Source: an uncultured Acidobacteriota bacterium (GTDB taxonomy: Bacteria > Acidobacteriota > UBA6911). From it: a DNA stretch of 64,000 nucleotides. The first letter of the stretch is position 1. Every line of letters begins with the position of its first letter. Below the pieces are notes generated by a model. It did not search any database. It was given only the letters and a program-made list of their open reading frames with translations, and was not told where the DNA came from. Below, piece by piece: positions 18,751 to 28,526 of this stretch. The translations under genes and the position numbers were made by a program. The DNA lies in contig CAWJKZ010000019.1 of assembly GCA_963843575.1 (NCBI GenBank), forward strand, positions 96,001 through 160,000, written 5' to 3'.

Positions 18751-20237
18751 ATGCCCGAGCCCCTGCTGGAGATGAAAGGGATCTCGAAGTCCTTCGGGGG
18801 CAATCTCGTTCTCTCCGACGTCGATCTCGAGATCTGGCCAGGCGAGGTCCACGCGCTGGTCGGGGAAAACGGGGCCGGCAAGTCCACCTTCATGAAGATC
18901 CTGAACGGCGTGTACACGCGGGACTCGGGGACCATCCGGATCCTGGGGGCGAGGTCGGCCTCTCCACCCCGCACGACGCACGCCGCGCCGGGATCAGCAT
19001 GATCTTCCAGGAGCACACGCTGGCGCCCCATCTGAGCGTGGCGGACAACATCTTCCTCGGCGCGGAGCCGACCGGACCGCGGGCCTGCTCGACAACCGGA
19101 AATGGCGCGTCAGGCGCGCGTCATACTGGAGCGACACCATTTCTCCCTCGACCCGTCAGCCCCCGTCGGCCGGCTCAGCCGGGCGGAGAAGCAGCTGGTC
19201 GAGATCGCCCGCGCCCTGCGCTCCGCCACCCGCGTGGTCGTCATGGACGAGCCGACCGCGGTGCTTTCGGGACCCGAGGCGAACGAGCTGTTCCGGATCA
19301 TCGGGGACCTGAGGGCGCGGGGTCTCGCGATCGTCTACATCTCGCATCGCATGGAGGAACTGGCGCTCATCGCCGACCGCATCACGATCCTGCGCGACGG
19401 CAAGCGGGTGTACACCGGCCCGTACGAGTCGATCGACAACTCGGCCATCATCCGCCACATGGTGGGCCGCGAGATCGGGGAGCTCTACCCGCCGCGCAAC
19501 ACGCCGCGGACGAAGTCGTGCTGGAGGTGCGCGGCCTCACCGGCGGCCGCGAGTACCGCGACGTCTCCTTCGCGCTGCACCGCGGCGAGATCCTGGGCGT
19601 CGCCGGCCTGGTCGGCGCCGGCCGCACGGCCCTGGCGCGCGGCCTCTTCGGGCTCGATCCGCCCCGGGCGGGTTCGGTCGCGCTGCGCGGTGCACTCCCG
19701 TTCGTTTCCGCATTGCCGCGACGCCATCCGCTCCGGCTTCGCCTATCTCACCGAGGACCGCAAGGTCACCAGCCTTTTCCCGCACCTGCCGCTCGTGCAC
19801 AACATCTCCATGGCGGCGCTGGACAAGGTCGCCTCCGGGGGTGTCCTGCGCCTGCGCGAGGAGGCCCGCAGGTGCGGCGAGCTGGTCCGGGACCTGCGCA
19901 TCCGGGCCCGCTCCGAATGGGACCCCGTCTATCGCCTCTCGGGCGGCAATCAGCAGAAGTGGCTGGTGGCCCGATGGCTGTTCGCCGGTTCCTCCGTGCT
20001 CCTGCTCGACGAGCCCACCCAGGGAGTGGACCTCGGCGCACGGGCCGAGATATACCGGCTGATCGCCGGATCGCGAGCGACGGCGGTGCCATCCTGATGA
20101 TCTCGTCGGATCTGCCCGAACTGCTCGGCATGAGCCACCGGATCGCCGTGATGCGGCGGGGCGAGTTCGTCGCGACCCTGGACGCAAGCCGCACGACCCA
20201 GGAGGAGATCATGCGTTACGCCGCGCTGGTTCAATAA
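18751..20237 (+). CDS. sugar ABC transporter ATP-binding protein (RbsA-like); at least 5 frameshifts
   Basis: [37 protein letters not shown] and ISSDLPEL spread across frames. Confidence 0.85.
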
Positions 20238-20258
20238 TCCGAGGGGAGGAGGGCGCTG

Positions 20259-21191
20259 ATGCGCGATTTCCTGAAACGGTTCCTGCCCTTTGCCAGCCTG
20301 ATCGCCCTGTTCGCGTTCCTGTCGCTGGCCTCCCCCTATTTCCTCACCGTGGGCAACCTCTCTTCCGTGATCCGCCAGACGACGGTCATCACCATCATCG
20401 CAATCGGTATGACGGTGATCATGGCCGCCGGCGGCATCGATCTCTCCGTCGGGTCGATGGTCGGGCTGACGGGGGTCTGCGGCACGATGCTGATTGCCGG
20501 GTTCGACTCCACCCCGCTCGCCCTCCTGGGTGCCGTCGCGGCCGGGATGGCTTGCGGCGCCGTCAACGGCGGCGCCGTCACCCTGTTGCGCATCCCGCCG
20601 TTCATCGCCACCCTGGGGACGCTCGGAATCTACCGCGGCCTCACCCTGATCATGACGGGCGGGATGCCGGTCGCCAACCTGAAGCGGGATTTCGGCGCAC
20701 TCGCCACCGGCGACGTGCTCGGGGTCATCCCGGTGCCGCTGGTCTTCCTGGTGGCCGTCGCGGCCCTCGTTCACTTCGTGTTGAATTACACGAAGCTTGG
20801 GCGTTACAGTTACGCCATCGGAAGCAATTCGGAGGCGGCACGCTGTTCGGGCATCCGGACCGGCAGGATCACCGTCATCATCTACGCGCTCGGCGGAGCG
20901 CTCGCCGGCCTGGCCGGCATGATCGAAGCCGCCAGGCTCGTTACGGGGCAGCCGACCGCCGGTGAGGGTTACGAACTGCGTGTGATCGCGGCCGTCGTCA
21001 TCGGAGGTGGCAGCCTCAATGGCGGGCAGGGGACGGTCCTCGGCACCATCGTCGGGTCGCTGATCATGGGCCTGCTGAGCAACGGCTGCAACCTGCTGGG
21101 GATCTCCCCATTCCTTCAGCAGGTGATCATCGGGTCGGTCATCGTCCTGGCCGTCACGTTCGATGAGTACCAACGGCGCAAAATTGCCTGA
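20259..21191 (+). CDS. sugar ABC transporter permease (RbsC-like)
   Basis: GGIDLSVGS, IPPFIATLG, GYELRVIAAVVIGG. Confidence 0.9.
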   Translation: MRDFLKRFLPFASLIALFAFLSLASPYFLTVGNLSSVIRQTTVITIIAIGMTVIMAAGGIDLSVGSMVGLTGVCGTMLIAGFDSTPLALLGAVAAGMACGAVNGGAVTLLRIPPFIATLGTLGIYRGLTLIMTGGMPVANLKRDFGALATGDVLGVIPVPLVFLVAVAALVHFVLNYTKLGRYSYAIGSNSEAARCSGIRTGRITVIIYALGGALAGLAGMIEAARLVTGQPTAGEGYELRVIAAVVIGGGSLNGGQGTVLGTIVGSLIMGLLSNGCNLLGISPFLQQVIIGSVIVLAVTFDEYQRRKIA

Positions 21192-21242
21192 CGGGCCGGT
21201 CGCAGCCAGCCGGGATCGGCAAATTCAAGAGGAGGGGTTCTC

Positions 21243-21695
21243 ATGTTCGCTGAGTTCAAGAAGTTCGTTATGCGTGGGAACGTGCTCGACATGGCAGTCG
21301 GCATCATCATCGGCGTAGCGTTCGGCAAGATCGTTTCGTCGTTTGTGGCCGATATCCTCATGCCTCCGCTCGGACTGCTGATGGGAGGTCTGGATTTTTC
21401 GAACCTGTTCATCAACTTGAGCAGCCAGACCTTCAAGTCGCTGGCGGAAGCGAAAGCCGCAGGCGCGCCGACGATCAACTACGGGCTGTTCATCAACACC
21501 GTGATCGATTTCCTGATCGTGGCGTTCGCGATCTTCCTGATGATCCGGCAGGTCAACCGGTTCACCGCGCCCAAAGAGGCGCCGGCGGTACCGACTGCAA
21601 AGGACTGCCCGTTCTGCTGCACGAGCATTCCGATCAAAGCCGTCCGCTGCCCTCAGTGCACGTCGGACCTTAAGACCGGAGCGGCGGGTCGCTGA
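21243..21695 (+). CDS. mscL: large-conductance mechanosensitive channel with a C-terminal zinc ribbon
   Basis: [42 protein letters not shown]; tail CPFC...CPQC. Confidence 0.93.
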   Translation: MFAEFKKFVMRGNVLDMAVGIIIGVAFGKIVSSFVADILMPPLGLLMGGLDFSNLFINLSSQTFKSLAEAKAAGAPTINYGLFINTVIDFLIVAFAIFLMIRQVNRFTAPKEAPAVPTAKDCPFCCTSIPIKAVRCPQCTSDLKTGAAGR

Positions 21696-24128
21696 GTGCC
21701 GTCGGGTAGCAGTTCGTAGGGTACCCAGACGAGCCCAAACAGCTGCAGCAGGATGTCCTGACGCGTCGGCCGTATGGCGATCTGTTGGAGCACTTCCCGC
21801 TGAGGGTCGAAAGCCGCCGCGAGCTGGTCGGCCTCCTGCTGCAGCTGTCGTTCGAGTTCCGCGATCTGAGACTGGACCGATTCCCTCTCCTCCTGCGCGC
21901 GTTGCACGTCCTGCTTCTCGCGGAAGATGCGTGAGGTCTGCCGCGCCGCCGTCGTGGCTCTGCCCAGCGTGCTCGCGCTGAAGGTCTTGCGGCCGAAAAG
22001 AGCCCCCAGCACGGTCGCCCCGAAAGAAATCCCAGCCTGCAGCTTCTGCTCGCCGAACTGTTCCTGCTCGCGCCCGATGCGCTGATCGCTGCGCATGAGG
22101 CGTTGGTTTAACGTCGTCAAGTTTGGAAGCGTAGCGCTGGCGCAGGCGGTCGACTTCAAAATCCCGCCGTTCCCGAGCCATCTGTTGGAGACGCAGTTTG
22201 AAGTCCTGCTCCGACTCGCCCGGGCGCGAGAGGGTCTTGAACACATTGCTCTTCCACAGGGTCATCTGGGACAGGCGATACACGAAGTCGAGGTACCCTT
22301 TCTGCGAACTCTGGAGCCGCTTGGGCTGCAGCGGCGTCGTCGGGATCGGGAGGTATTCGCCCGGGGCCTGCGGCTGGCGCGGCAGCCCGGAAGGTTCGGC
22401 GTCCACGGCGGCGGCTTCGTCCCACGCCGCCACCGTCATGTTGTCGCGCAACTCCAGCACGTGCGCCACGGACTGCGCCGAGGTGATCCCGTACTTGTTG
22501 TTGACGATCTGGACTTTGGCGGACCCGATCAGAAAAGGGTGGTAGACGATGCGGCCCGCCGCGGCCGGGGGAGCGAAATACTGCGGCAGTTCGGGCGGGG
22601 TCTGGGGCGGGGCCGCCAGCAGCCCGGCGTCAGCGGCCGGGCGCACGGCGGGCTGCGGAGCCGTGGCCGTGGCGGAAGACGCCCCAGCGGGTGGCGCGGT
22701 GGCCGATGGCGTGGCTCCCGGCAGGTTGACCGTCAGGTCGCGGATCTGCGAACGGGTCAGCGGGCCCGGCAGGTAGGAGAGGCACCACCGGCTGCTGAAC
22801 AGGACCGGATGGTCTTCGTGGACATTCTGCATCAGAAACGTGCGTTGCTTGAGGCCGGAGAGAATGGCGGTCAGGCGATTCCGGTCGAAGCCTTGCGCTC
22901 CCGCCCCGATCCCGGTCAGCCCGTCGATCAGCCGGTCCCGGTCCCGCTCCGTCTGCAGCCTGCCGACAAACCACGTGCCCGTGTTGGCCAGCCCCTTATA
23001 GTCCAGGTCGACCGGGTTCTGGGTGGCCAGGACCACGCCGAGCCCGAAAGCGCGCGCCTGCTTGAGCAGCGTCAGGAGCGGCTTTTTCGTCGGAGGCTCC
23101 GACACCGGGGGGAAGAAGCCGAAGATCTCATCCATGTAGAGGATGGCCCGGAGGCTCGTGGTTCCCGGCTGAGAGCGCATCCAGGAGAGCGTCTGGTTCA
23201 GCAGCAGGCCGACAAAGAACATCCGCTCGGCGTCCGAGAGGTGCGCGATCGAAAAGATGCTCACCCTGGGTTTCGCGTCCGGGGTGTAGAGCATGCGCCC
23301 CACGTCGAGCGGTTCCCCTTGAAGCCATGCGCCGAAGGCCGGGGCCGCGAGCAGGTTGTTGAGCATCATGGCGAGTTCGAGGCGCTGGGCGGCCGGGTAA
23401 AAAGACTCCAGGTCGAATACCCCGACGCGCTGCACCGGAGGGGACTGGATCGACTGGATCAGGAGCGGCAGCGTCACATCCTGGCGCGCGCCCCAAGCCT
23501 GCTCCAGGATGGTCGAGATCAGGATGTGCTCCCGGCTGCGGAGCGGGTCGGCCTGGATGCCGAGGAGCCCGAGCAGCCCCGACGCCGTGCTCGCGATCCG
23601 TTCCGCCAGCATCTCCCGGTCGGCGAAGTACTGGGGCGGCGGGGCGGCAAACGACGCCGTGATCGACACCGGCAGCCCCGCCGTGCTGCCGGGCGTGTAG
23701 ACCGCAAAATCGGCGGCGGAGCGCAGCCTGCGGATCCGCTCGCCATCCTGCTCCCAGTCGGCCAGCCCTTTGCGCCAGCGCTCGGCCTCGCGCGCGGCGA
23801 ATTCGTCCGGGGCCAGCCCCTGGCTGCGCGCGGCGTCCTCGTTGATCCAGGGGCGGAAATCCGAGGGTCGCAGTTCCGGGAAGGTCAGAAGCAGGTCCGC
23901 CAGATCCCCCTTGGGATCGATGACGAGCGCCGGAACTGAATCGATGGCCGCTTCTTCGAGCAACGCCGTGCAGAGCCCCGTTTTGCCGCTGCCGGTCATG
24001 CCGACGCAGACCGCGTGGGTGACAAGGTCCCGCGCATCATAGAGAAGATAATCCGGATTGAGCTGTCCGGTGTCGGGGTTTACGGTTTTTCCCAGGTAGA
24101 AGACGCCGAGCTTTTCGTAGTTTTCCAT
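21653..24128 (-). CDS. HerA/FtsK-like (DUF87-type) ATPase with a coiled-coil C-terminus; frameshift near 22125
   Basis: [43 protein letters not shown]; C-terminus in ORF 21653..22246. Confidence 0.8.
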
Positions 24129-24185
24129 GCCGGAGAACTTAGCACCAATAGACTCCGGAAGCAGCAGGCATTCTGCGTCGGCCAC

Positions 24186-24310
24186 AACGGTTGAACCACC
24201 CGCCCTGCCCGTAAAACAAGTGGGTCCGGGCTTCAGCCCGGACGCCTTTTGATCTGATCTATGTGGCGATGGGCGCACGTTAGAGCGACCGCAAACAGCG
24301 TCCGGGCTGA
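24186..24310 (-). repeat. REPIN family 1, copy B (one arm truncated; shares an extra flank with copy D)
   Basis: REP at 24220..24243; 24186..24219 is the reverse complement of 51672..51705; 29-nt core. Confidence 0.85.
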
Positions 24311-24383
24311 CATGCGTCGTCGTTCAGCGCGAGCCATGCGCAGGGCGCCGTCGAGTCAGCGCGTCGCGGAGCGCCATCCCGGG

Positions 24384-26651
24384 TCAGGAGCGGCGGAGGG
24401 GGCGGCGGGCGCGCCGTCTGGGGCCCGATTTCTCCAGGGCTTCCAGAAGCCGCTCCTTTTCTGGCCCGTGCAGGTCCTTGTCGAACTGGCGCAGGGCCAT
24501 CGAGACGACGTCGCGGTGGTGGAAGTCGACATCGGGGTACTGCTCCACGATGTCGAGCCAGATCTTGTGCGTCAACTCGATGTCCTCGGGGGTCAGGCGC
24601 GGCGCGTGCGCCCCGATCTGGAACCGGTGCGGATTCCCCCGCTCCGGAACGATAACCAGCTCGAACTGGATCTTGTCGGGGTCGTCTACCGCCTCCCACG
24701 CTTCCCCTACCATCCGGGCCTGAGTGCTGATGGAGACCTTTTCCGATGCGCCGGAGTAGATCCGCGGGCAGCCCAGCCGCACCGCAACGTTCACCACGGC
24801 CGAAATCGGATTGTTCGAGGGGACGGCAAGCAGCTTCACCGGCTTGCCCATCTTCTCCGCGCGGCTCACCACATTGGTGAAAAGGAGTTGTTCGTAGTCC
24901 GTGAACAAGTGTTCTTCGAAGATCTCGCGGTAGGCGGCTCCGGCACCCTGGATGATCCGCGCGGTCATGACCACCGCGTCAGTATCAAGGGTGTCGGTCT
25001 CGCCCAGGGCGAGTTCGAGCTGCTGCAGGCTCTTGTAGTCCCGCACCGCCACCAGCACCGGCGAGGGGCGCACCTGGACGACCTCGGCGTTGATCGTCTC
25101 CTCGCGGATGAGGTGGAATTGCTCCAGGCCGGCCCGTCCGCTCTTCCTGCGCGCAAGCCGCTCGGAAACGGTGAACAGCAGCCAGAACGCCCCCGTGAAC
25201 ATCAGCCCGCTGACGGTCGCCACCTCTTTCGTGAACAAGTTCGTCACCGCCGTGATGATTAGAACCGTCAGGACGATCAGGATCCCAACCGGGAAATCGA
25301 CGCGCCCAAGCCGGAAGTTCAGGGGCACGCGCCACTCCCGCGGGCCGGGGCTCTTGAAACGCAGCACGAACATGGCAAGCGAGTTGAAGATAAAGCTCCA
25401 GATCACGCCGAAGGCATACGCTTCGCCGAGCAGGTGGATCTGGCCGCGGCTGGCCGCGATGGTCGCCAGCTGCAGGATCGCGATCATGTTGATGATCCGG
25501 TACGACGTGCCGAAACGCTCGTGCGGGCGCCGGAACCAGCCCGGCAGGACTCCGTCTTCCGAAACCCGGTTGAGCACGCCGTTGGATCCGATCATCGCCG
25601 TGTTGACCGCCCCGGAAAGGATCAGGAACCCGACGACGACGACGAAGATGTGAAAGGCGAGGCGCAGCAGGTGCGGGCCGACAACGTTCATCGCCAGACC
25701 GCCGATCATGTTGCCGAAAAAGTGCGGCCGCACCGAGTCGGGGATGATCATGACCCCGAAAAACGAGACCAGCGACGTGAACAGCAGGGTGTAGACGAGG
25801 ATCACCAGCGCCGCCCGCTTGAGGTTCTTGATCTTGGGATAGGCGATCTCGCGGTTGACCTGCGCCAGCGTCTCCTCACCGCTCATGGCGAGCACGGAGT
25901 GGCCGAACGCGATCATGATGCCGAGCAGCCCGATGCCTCGGACCCAGTCCTCCTTCAGCCAGCCGATCGCGTCGGGAGCGAAGTGCAGGTTCTGCGGCAC
26001 TGGGGCAGGAGGGAGGGGAGGACGGCGCAGCACGATCGTCAGCCCACACCACACGATCAGGACCACCACCATGACCGTGGTGATCTGCATGATGCGGAGG
26101 GCCTTGTCGCTCGTCTCGTGGATCCCCTTCAGGTTCTTGCGCCAGAAGTACAGCGTGACCCCAACGGCGATCAGGGCGGAGCCGAAGTCTTCGGGAATCG
26201 ACACGGCCCCGCCGGCGAACTCGATCAGTTCGTTGACCAGGCCGATCAGGTATTGCCCGGCCGACACGCTGCTGATCGGCCCTGTCAGGATGTAGTCGAA
26301 CATCAGGGCCGAAACGCTGATCTTGGCGAGCGGGTTCCCCAGCGCGGCCTTGACGACCCGGTAGACTCCGCCCCGCACAAACATCACGCACGCCTCGATG
26401 TAGACGGCGCGCACGGCGGAGGCGAACAACATCACGGCGAGAACGAACCACGGGGCTGCAGCGCCGATAGCGCGTTCGGCGATACCGCTCACGTAGAACG
26501 CGGAAGAGCCCAGGTCGCAGAGGACGATGGCCGCGGCACGCCAGAACGAAATGAACGTCAGCATCACCGACGTGGCGACCACCACCGGGATGCGTACCTT
26601 GGGACCTGTCGGGTTTGCGGGAGGCGACGTCGAAGGCGTTCTGGTTGACAT
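24384..26651 (-). CDS. APC-superfamily permease with a cytoplasmic C-terminal domain (KimA/YdaO-like architecture)
   Basis: about 12 TMs, DLGSSAFY, GGVYRVVK, MSGEE, YAFGV; soluble USP-like C-terminal region. Confidence 0.82.
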   Translation of the reverse strand: MSTRTPSTSPPANPTGPKVRIPVVVATSVMLTFISFWRAAAIVLCDLGSSAFYVSGIAERAIGAAAPWFVLAVMLFASAVRAVYIEACVMFVRGGVYRVVKAALGNPLAKISVSALMFDYILTGPISSVSAGQYLIGLVNELIEFAGGAVSIPEDFGSALIAVGVTLYFWRKNLKGIHETSDKALRIMQITTVMVVVLIVWCGLTIVLRRPPLPPAPVPQNLHFAPDAIGWLKEDWVRGIGLLGIMIAFGHSVLAMSGEETLAQVNREIAYPKIKNLKRAALVILVYTLLFTSLVSFFGVMIIPDSVRPHFFGNMIGGLAMNVVGPHLLRLAFHIFVVVVGFLILSGAVNTAMIGSNGVLNRVSEDGVLPGWFRRPHERFGTSYRIINMIAILQLATIAASRGQIHLLGEAYAFGVIWSFIFNSLAMFVLRFKSPGPREWRVPLNFRLGRVDFPVGILIVLTVLIITAVTNLFTKEVATVSGLMFTGAFWLLFTVSERLARRKSGRAGLEQFHLIREETINAEVVQVRPSPVLVAVRDYKSLQQLELALGETDTLDTDAVVMTARIIQGAGAAYREIFEEHLFTDYEQLLFTNVVSRAEKMGKPVKLLAVPSNNPISAVVNVAVRLGCPRIYSGASEKVSISTQARMVGEAWEAVDDPDKIQFELVIVPERGNPHRFQIGAHAPRLTPEDIELTHKIWLDIVEQYPDVDFHHRDVVSMALRQFDKDLHGPEKERLLEALEKSGPRRRARRPLRRS

Positions 26652-26776
26652 ACCAAGAGCCCGATCGTGGCAATGCACGGGGCATCGCTTCGCGGATTAT
26701 ATCGGAGCCGGCGGAGCTTGACATGACAAATCGCCCCTCCTGGACAGCCCCCGACCCGGGTGCTGCTCTCTTTAGG

Positions 26777-27139
26777 ATGAAGGCGCGCTGTCTACTCGCA
26801 TTTATCATCTCGACCACTTTGATGCTTCCCTCGGGGCTCGCATTGCGCCTCGATCTGCTCGATCCTCACGATGCTTCTGCGCCGGGGTTTTCCGGGAGAA
26901 CCCATCGGGCTGACTGGGAGGCACTAGAAGGCCAGAGCGGTGACATCAGTTTCCTGGGGTGCTCCAGGTCGGACGGGAGTGATGGACATCCCGCGAGTTC
27001 CCAATTCCACTGCTCACACGCACCCAAGGACCCTTATCACGCTTCGTCGGTTCCCTTTGCCCAGTGCAACTCCCCGATAGCCCCGAGGCGCCTGGCAGCG
27101 AACATCACGGAATACCGCGCTCCCCCGCAAACCTGCTAA
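26777..27139 (+). CDS. putative secreted leader/arrest peptide with a C-terminal RAPP motif (DUF2946-like)
   Basis: signal-like MKARCLLAFIISTTLMLPSGLA; His/Cys-containing middle; ends EYRAPPQTC*; start codon uncertain. Confidence 0.55.
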   Translation: MKARCLLAFIISTTLMLPSGLALRLDLLDPHDASAPGFSGRTHRADWEALEGQSGDISFLGCSRSDGSDGHPASSQFHCSHAPKDPYHASSVPFAQCNSPIAPRRLAANITEYRAPPQTC

Positions 27140-27396
27140 CCATCGTCTCCTTTCCGTCGCGCGTCGTGGCGTATCTCACACACTGCGTCTGCGCGCTTGC
27201 CGTGACACCCATTCTGAACAGCTCCCAAACCGAGATTTTCCCCTGGTGATTGCATCTGAGGGGAAAGGGTGATCTCGGGGGTGGGCCTGAAGGGGGAAAA
27301 CAATGACCGCCAATTGTGCTGGCCAACATCGAGGTTTCGTTCCGTCTCTATTGATTCGGGCGGGTTGTCCGGGCCGGGGAAAATCGGGAGAGCGCC

Positions 27397-27921
27397 ATGG
27401 CAATGAGCTTGGCTGGGAAGAAAAAGGGAGTTCAGTGCAGCATCAACATCACGCCGTACATCGATATCCTGCTCGTATTGCTCATCATATCCATGGTTGC
27501 GGCGCCACTGAAGCAGCATGAAGAGCAAGTCAGGGTTCCTCAGACCGCCGTATCCGAGCAGCAGAAGAAGATCGTGCAGGACACGCTGGTCGTCGACATC
27601 GACATCAACCACGCGATCCGTCTGAACCAGCGGGCGATCTCACTCGACTCGCTCGGACCTGCGCTGACACAGTTGTTTGCCCACCGGGAAAACAAAACCC
27701 TGTTGATCCGTGGTGACGGGAAGTTGGCCTATGGAGATGTATTCAAGATTCTGGACCCCGCCAAGCTGTCGGGCGCCGCGGACAGGTGCTTCTCGAGATG
27801 TCGACCGGAGATTCAGGCGGCGTCGCGGCCGGTACTGTCGCGCAGCTCCATCGGCCACCGGGTCCCGGCCGGCGGTAGCCAAGGCGATTGTTGGACGCAA
27901 AGACGAAATAGGGTAGCATAG
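27397..27921 (+). CDS. exbD: ExbD/TolR-family protein (homology ends near 27790; tail likely frameshifted)
   Basis: INITPYIDILLVLLII TM with conserved Asp; IRGDGKLAYGDV. Confidence 0.75.
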   Translation: MAMSLAGKKKGVQCSINITPYIDILLVLLIISMVAAPLKQHEEQVRVPQTAVSEQQKKIVQDTLVVDIDINHAIRLNQRAISLDSLGPALTQLFAHRENKTLLIRGDGKLAYGDVFKILDPAKLSGAADRCFSRCRPEIQAASRPVLSRSSIGHRVPAGGSQGDCWTQRRNRVA

Positions 27922-27943
27922 TCACCGGCGCAGAACTGCTTCC

Positions 27944-28381
27944 GTGGAGGGATGCCCGGTGAGTGCCGGCCCGGTCTCGACCGTCAGTCCCGAAGAGCAG
28001 AATCGCGATCCGGCGCTGCCGTCCAGCCCTCTTGCCAAATCACCTTTCCTGCTCCTCGTCCTGGCCAACGCACGATGGCTCTGGCCGCTCCTGGTGGTCT
28101 CGGTCGTGGTTGCCGCCGCCTGGTCGGACGTCCGCACCATCGACTATCACCAGGTCCGCAGGGCCCTGCGCGACCAGGGTTTGTGGTGGCTGATCCTGGC
28201 CGCCCTGGTCACCGTCGCCAACCTGGCGATCATGGGGCTCTACGACGTGATCTGCCTGCGGGGGACGAGAATTCGCGCCCGGGACCGGTGGTGGACGGGG
28301 ACGCTGGCGTTCGCCTGGAGCAACTTCCTCACCCTGGGTCCGCTTGCGGGGCCCGCGATTCGCTTCTGGCTCTACCGCTGA
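27944..28381 (+). pseudogene. N-terminal fragment of an MprF/lysylphosphatidylglycerol-synthase-type flippase
   Basis: TM pattern with GLYD and SNFLTLGPLAGPAIRFWLY; stops after ~145 aa with no continuation before the kinase promoter. Confidence 0.55.
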
Positions 28382-28526
28382 GCTCATCCGCCCGACGTCG
28401 CCCGCCCATCGTCGACCTCGGGGCGCAAGAGTCCGTCCCGGGGCTGCCGAAAATCAAAACTTGCCACGGAAGACACTGAAGGACTCGGAAGGACTCGGCT
28501 GGCCCCGGTGTTACAATGTTGGGCTT

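Noticed and set aside
26652-26720. c-di-AMP (ydaO) riboswitch ahead of the KimA-like permease
   Set aside because: A TATAAT box at about 26696..26701 (minus) implies a leader of only ~40 nt, and no riboswitch consensus is visible.
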